From the NCBI RefSeq assembly GCF_006345805.1, contig NW_021827092.1:1-11106 (forward strand): DNA of 11,106 bases, given 5' to 3'. Position numbers and translations under genes: made by a program. Source of the DNA: Octopus sinensis. Its lineage: Eukaryota. Positions 7,626-11,106 of the stretch are shown one piece after another. Each line of letters opens with the position of its first letter. The first letter of the stretch is position 1. The notes beneath the pieces were generated by a model. It was not told where the DNA came from and searched no databases. It saw only the letters and a program-made list of their open reading frames with translations.

Positions 7626-7751
7626 AGAAACGACATCCGGTATAGTTGGAGCAAAATAGAGATATCCGGTATTGGTGGTGGGGGTGAGTAGGGCGGGCGC
7701 GCCGCGAAGAATCGGCAGCCAATTTCTAATCAGCCCTGTAAGGGAGATAGA
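7626..7751 (-). mobile_element. Possible Helitron 5' terminus (H2) leading into the minisatellite
   Basis: The minus strand reads A|TCTATCTCCCTTACAGGG... from 7751, followed by a GC-rich, CpG-rich segment and then the array. A|TC is the Helitron 5' signature but is short. Confidence 0.4.
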
Positions 7752-8233
7752 TCTTAAATATCTATAACGATAACTAGTGAATTATACAGAATATGCAAAA
7801 ACGAGGCGAGGCTGAAATAGTAAACAGAGTGGCGACTAGGGGGATCAGAATAATAATAATTAATAAATAATAATAATAAATAGAGATACGGATGAATTAA
7901 AGTTCAAAGATTTCTTATCTTGGGATCACTTCGTTTACGGACAGACTTGGCAAAAGGAATTCGGAATCAAGAATGAGGCAAGTTACTAGCTTAAGTATGC
8001 ATAGCCATGGCGAGGAGTAGGAAGAGAAGGAGTCCAGACAGACAATGTAAAAAAGAGGGGAGAGAAACCCCGCGTGTATATATATAGTGTGTGTGTGTGT
8101 GCACGCATTATATATACAAATGAGATATATATCTGTATAATTAAATTAGAGATAAAACCACTAATAGACAAATCAAACAGTGAAAAACAAAAAACAAAAA
8201 CATAAAAAAAGAAAATATAACATAGAAAATATA

Positions 8234-8748
8234 TCTACATATATAAAAATGTAGTTGTGTGAGTGTCTGTCCCCTTCGATTTAGATTCCTAACTACTCCC
8301 ACATTTTGCGGTGCAGTTTAACCAAATTCGGGTATCTTATAGTCGTGATTCATATCGAGCCCGTCTGGGTATTAGCGCGCGTCTACGATGAGTCTACGAT
8401 TTAAAAAATAATTTAACATAATTTTTTATTCCCTTTTAATGCATATTTTTTCGTGTGTCGATGGCGGCGGAGTTGGCGTCCACGCTACGCCTGCACCTGT
8501 GTTGCTCTCCCCCTTCTTCCCTCCCTCGTGAAGCTGTGGTGAAGGGAGTGTAAGGAAATCAACGTCGTAATGCGTTGTGAAGGAGACCAGCGTTCTTTTA
8601 GAACAACGACTTCATGGCTTGAAGTCGCCAAAACAGAAATCGCTAAAAAAAGCTGAAACAGATCCACAAAAACGGCAATTACCGCCACACAGGGCAGGTT
8701 TCCTGTGCAAACAATTTGCACAACCGAATGTTTTAGTTGTTGCACAAA
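8234..8748 (+). mobile_element. Helitron H3a: 5' end plus ~300 bp extra sequence, no own 3' end
   Basis: A|TCTACATATATAAAA start. 8234-8450 is ~85-90% identical to 8749-8960, then diverges into GC-richer sequence. Confidence 0.75.
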
Positions 8749-9343
8749 TCTTTATATATAGAAGTAAGGTTGTGTGTCTGTCTCCTACGATTTAGATTCC
8801 TAACTACTCCCACATTTTGCGGTGCAGTGTAACCAAAACCGGGTATCTAATAGTCATGATTCATATCGAGCCCTTCTGGGTATTAGCGCGCGTCTACGAT
8901 GAGTCTACGATTTAAAAAAAAATTACCATCATTTTTTATTCCATTTTAATGCATTTTTCGCTATTATATAAGGGAAGTAACTCTCTAAAAATGTCTACGA
9001 TGAGTCAACGATTAAAAAAAAATTACCATCATTTTTTATTCCATTTTAATGCATTTTTTGCTATTATATAAGGGAAGTAACACTCTAAAATTGTCTACGA
9101 TGAGTCAACGATTAAAAAAAAAATTACCATAATTTTTTATTCCATTTTAATGCATTTTTCGCTATTATATAAGGGAAGTAACTCTCTAAAAATGTCTACG
9201 ATGAGTCAACGATTAAAAAAAAATTACCATCATTTTTTATCCATTTTTAATGCATTTTTTGCTATTTTTTGGCTATAACTCACTAAAAATGCTTATATAG
9301 TTATTCCCTTACAAACCCGAGCAACGCCGGGCGATACTGCTAG
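8749..9343 (+). mobile_element. Complete non-autonomous Helitron H3b (595 bp)
   Basis: A|TCTTTATATATAG start. The 3' hairpin cccgagcaacgccggg (9316-9331) lies 12 nt before the CTAG|T end (CTAG at 9340-9343). The empty site is A|T with no TSD, as expected for Helitrons. Confidence 0.9.
8892..9262 (+). repeat. ~100-bp tandem repeat x ~3.7 inside Helitron H3b
   Basis: 'gtctacgatgagtc' occurs at 8892, 8993, 9093 and 9194. Units are nearly identical apart from A-run lengths. Confidence 0.95.
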
Positions 9344-9492
9344 TAAAATATAAATTGAAAACTTTAAATTATTTAAATTGAAAATAAAAATTATTAAATT
9401 ATATTTATAATTTGTTAAAAAATATATATAACTATGAAAAAGTAAGAAAAAGTTTAATATACATAAATACAGATATATGCACTTTGTATATA

Positions 9493-9759
9493 TACATTAT
9501 ATATACATATTTATATATAGAACACACACACACGTACATTATATATACATATTTATATATAGAACACACACACACACACACACACATTATATATACATAT
9601 TTATATATAGAACACACACACACACACACACATACATGATATATTACATATTATATATATATAGAAACACACACACACCCACACACACATACATTATATA
9701 TACATATTTATATATAGAACACACACACACATACATTATATATACATATTTATATATAG

Positions 9760-9797
<38 letters not shown>
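9493..9797. repeat. Compound tandem: ~28-bp core (acattatatatacatatttatatatagaa) + variable (CA)n, 6 units
   Basis: Five near-perfect cores and one degenerate core, separated by (CA)n tracts of roughly 6-18 units. Confidence 0.9.
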
Positions 9798-9803
<6 letters not shown>

Positions 9804-10182
9804 AATGAACGCAAGAATATCTGATTCATAATATTTGTTCTCATGCTCGTGTGTTGTTTGTTGGTGACAGACATATACTTAAAAGAACGTCGCCGAAGTG
9901 ATAGGAAGGTAGGAAACAGTGTCAGTGAAAAAGAAAGGAAATAGCGATAGTGACAGATACCTTAAATAACCGTAGTGGCATTCTGAAAGTTATAAATGAA
10001 GAGGAGTAAGAGAGGGAAAAGGGAGGAAATATGGTGGAGTGAGGAAGATGGCCCCTAGCAAACACCTTTTAAGATAGGGATTTCTAAGGTAGCCCACGCA
10101 CATCGTCACCTCATTCTACATGTCCCTGTAAATTTTGGAGCGAATCGGACGGGATGTAGTGGCATTGATAGCGATCCAAGCA

Positions 10183-10492
10183 GCACGTAAAAAGCACCAT
10201 CCGAACGTGGCCGATTGCAGCACCGCCTTGACTTGCTTCTGTGCCGGTGGCACGTAAAAAGCACCATCCGATCGTTGCCACTGCGAGCCCCCTGGCACCA
10301 GTGCCGGCGGCACGAAAAAAAGCACTCACTACACTCACAGAGTGGTTGGCGTTAGGAAGGTCATCCACCTGTAGAAACACTGCCAGATCAGACTGGAGCG
10401 TGGTGCAGCCTCCTGGCTTCCCAGACCCCGGTCACACTGCCCACCCGTGCTAGCACGGAAAACGGACGTTAAACGATGATGAGGATGATGAT
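10183..10492 (+). mobile_element. SINE family 2 with internal ~60-67-bp tandem subunits and (GAT)n tail
   Basis: 'gcacg(t/a)aaaa(a)agcac' occurs at 10183, 10250 and 10310. The body is the inverse of 6102-6350, with tail gatgatgaggatgatgat. The 5' head was not identified. Confidence 0.88.
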
Positions 10493-10691
10493 TCTCCGTA
10501 TTTGTTTCTCTCTCCTTTCTCTCTCACTTTCCCACTCTCTTACTTTTTTTTCTCTCGGACTCTCCTCGCTTTCTCTTACTCTCTATCTTTATCTATCTCT
10601 CTCCCATTTATAAACAACAGACGAACTTGCGAGCTGAATAAAAATAATAAAATATTGGAAACCAAAGTTTGAAGGGATAGAATCTGAGGAT

Positions 10692-10944
10692 AGTAGAGTC
10701 ACCATGGCTGGCATTTGTTAACGACGGACAGCAACGTAGTGACAGTTAAACGGCTGGCGTAAAATTTTGAACTTGATGTAAAAGAAAATTCGTAAACACC
10801 AAGTTTTGAAGTGATTCTTTCTCACGACAGTAGACTCACCATGGCAAGCATTCAAAACTTCTTCATCATGGACGGCAACACATTGACGATTAAAAGGCTG
10901 GCGCAATTTGTTTAGCTTGATGTAACAGAGAATTCCTAAACACC
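10692..10944. repeat. Diverged ~140-bp tandem duplication
   Basis: 10692-10800 and 10829-10944 share agtaga.tcaccatggc, ggac.gcaac, ttaaa.ggctggcg, cttgatgtaa and aattc.taaacacc. Confidence 0.8.
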
Positions 10945-11106
10945 CGCTCCTTGAAATTTTAATCCCCTTCCAGCCCCATTTAGACCCTTTTCACATTTTG
11001 GTTAATATAACCCGATTTCATTCGGTCTACTGGGGCCACATTTTATAAGATGAGGAATTTTGTCCTAGAGGTGACGCCTTTCATTTGAGGAACAAAATAG
11101 TTGTCA
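10887..11106 (-). mobile_element. Second copy of the Helitron H1 body, runs off the window
   Basis: Aligns with 5793-6012 with 4 substitutions and 2 single-base indels over 220 bp. No CTAG/hairpin 3' end was found upstream. Confidence 0.8.

Noticed and set aside
7986-8011. A|CTAG plus nearby gccatggc palindrome as another Helitron 3' end; also ACTAGT at 7773
   Set aside because: There is no proper GC hairpin with a loop at the right distance and no associated family sequence.
8892-9210. 'ctacgatgag' resembling a hammerhead ribozyme core in tandem repeats
   Set aside because: The required CUGAUGA box is absent and no flanking helices with a GAAA box were found.
290-10906. All ORFs in the six-frame track
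   Set aside because: All are under 150 aa and show no recognisable domain. Most translate microsatellites (YI/HT/CV runs), SINEs or the minisatellite, whose 157-bp unit is not a multiple of 3.

Overview
AT-rich, non-coding animal DNA, most likely intergenic or intronic. I find no credible protein-coding gene, tRNA, rRNA or CRISPR array; the listed ORFs run through microsatellites or repeats. The SINE sequences resemble, from my recall and not a database search, the tRNA-derived SINEs of Octopus/coleoid cephalopods. The left half (1-5.7 kb) is old and decayed. It holds five pieces of a bipartite tRNA-headed SINE, a small hAT-like MITE, and a roughly 0.8-kb unit present twice that is punctuated about every 120-130 bp by a 16-bp hairpin motif (CTGCTA-TTTC-TAGCAG). 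It also has a 243-bp insert flanked by 11-bp direct repeats and a 47-bp inverted repeat carrying POU octamers. The right half (5.7-11.1 kb) is a younger cluster of non-autonomous Helitrons with canonical A|TC...hairpin-CTAG|T ends. It includes a 157-bp x ~8 G-rich minisatellite, a 100-bp x ~3.7 tandem, two oppositely oriented copies of a second SINE family and a 97%-identical duplicated Helitron body. The most unusual items are the hairpin-punctuated array and the chimeric, composite Helitron architecture. Identities are by-eye estimates unless mismatches are counted explicitly.
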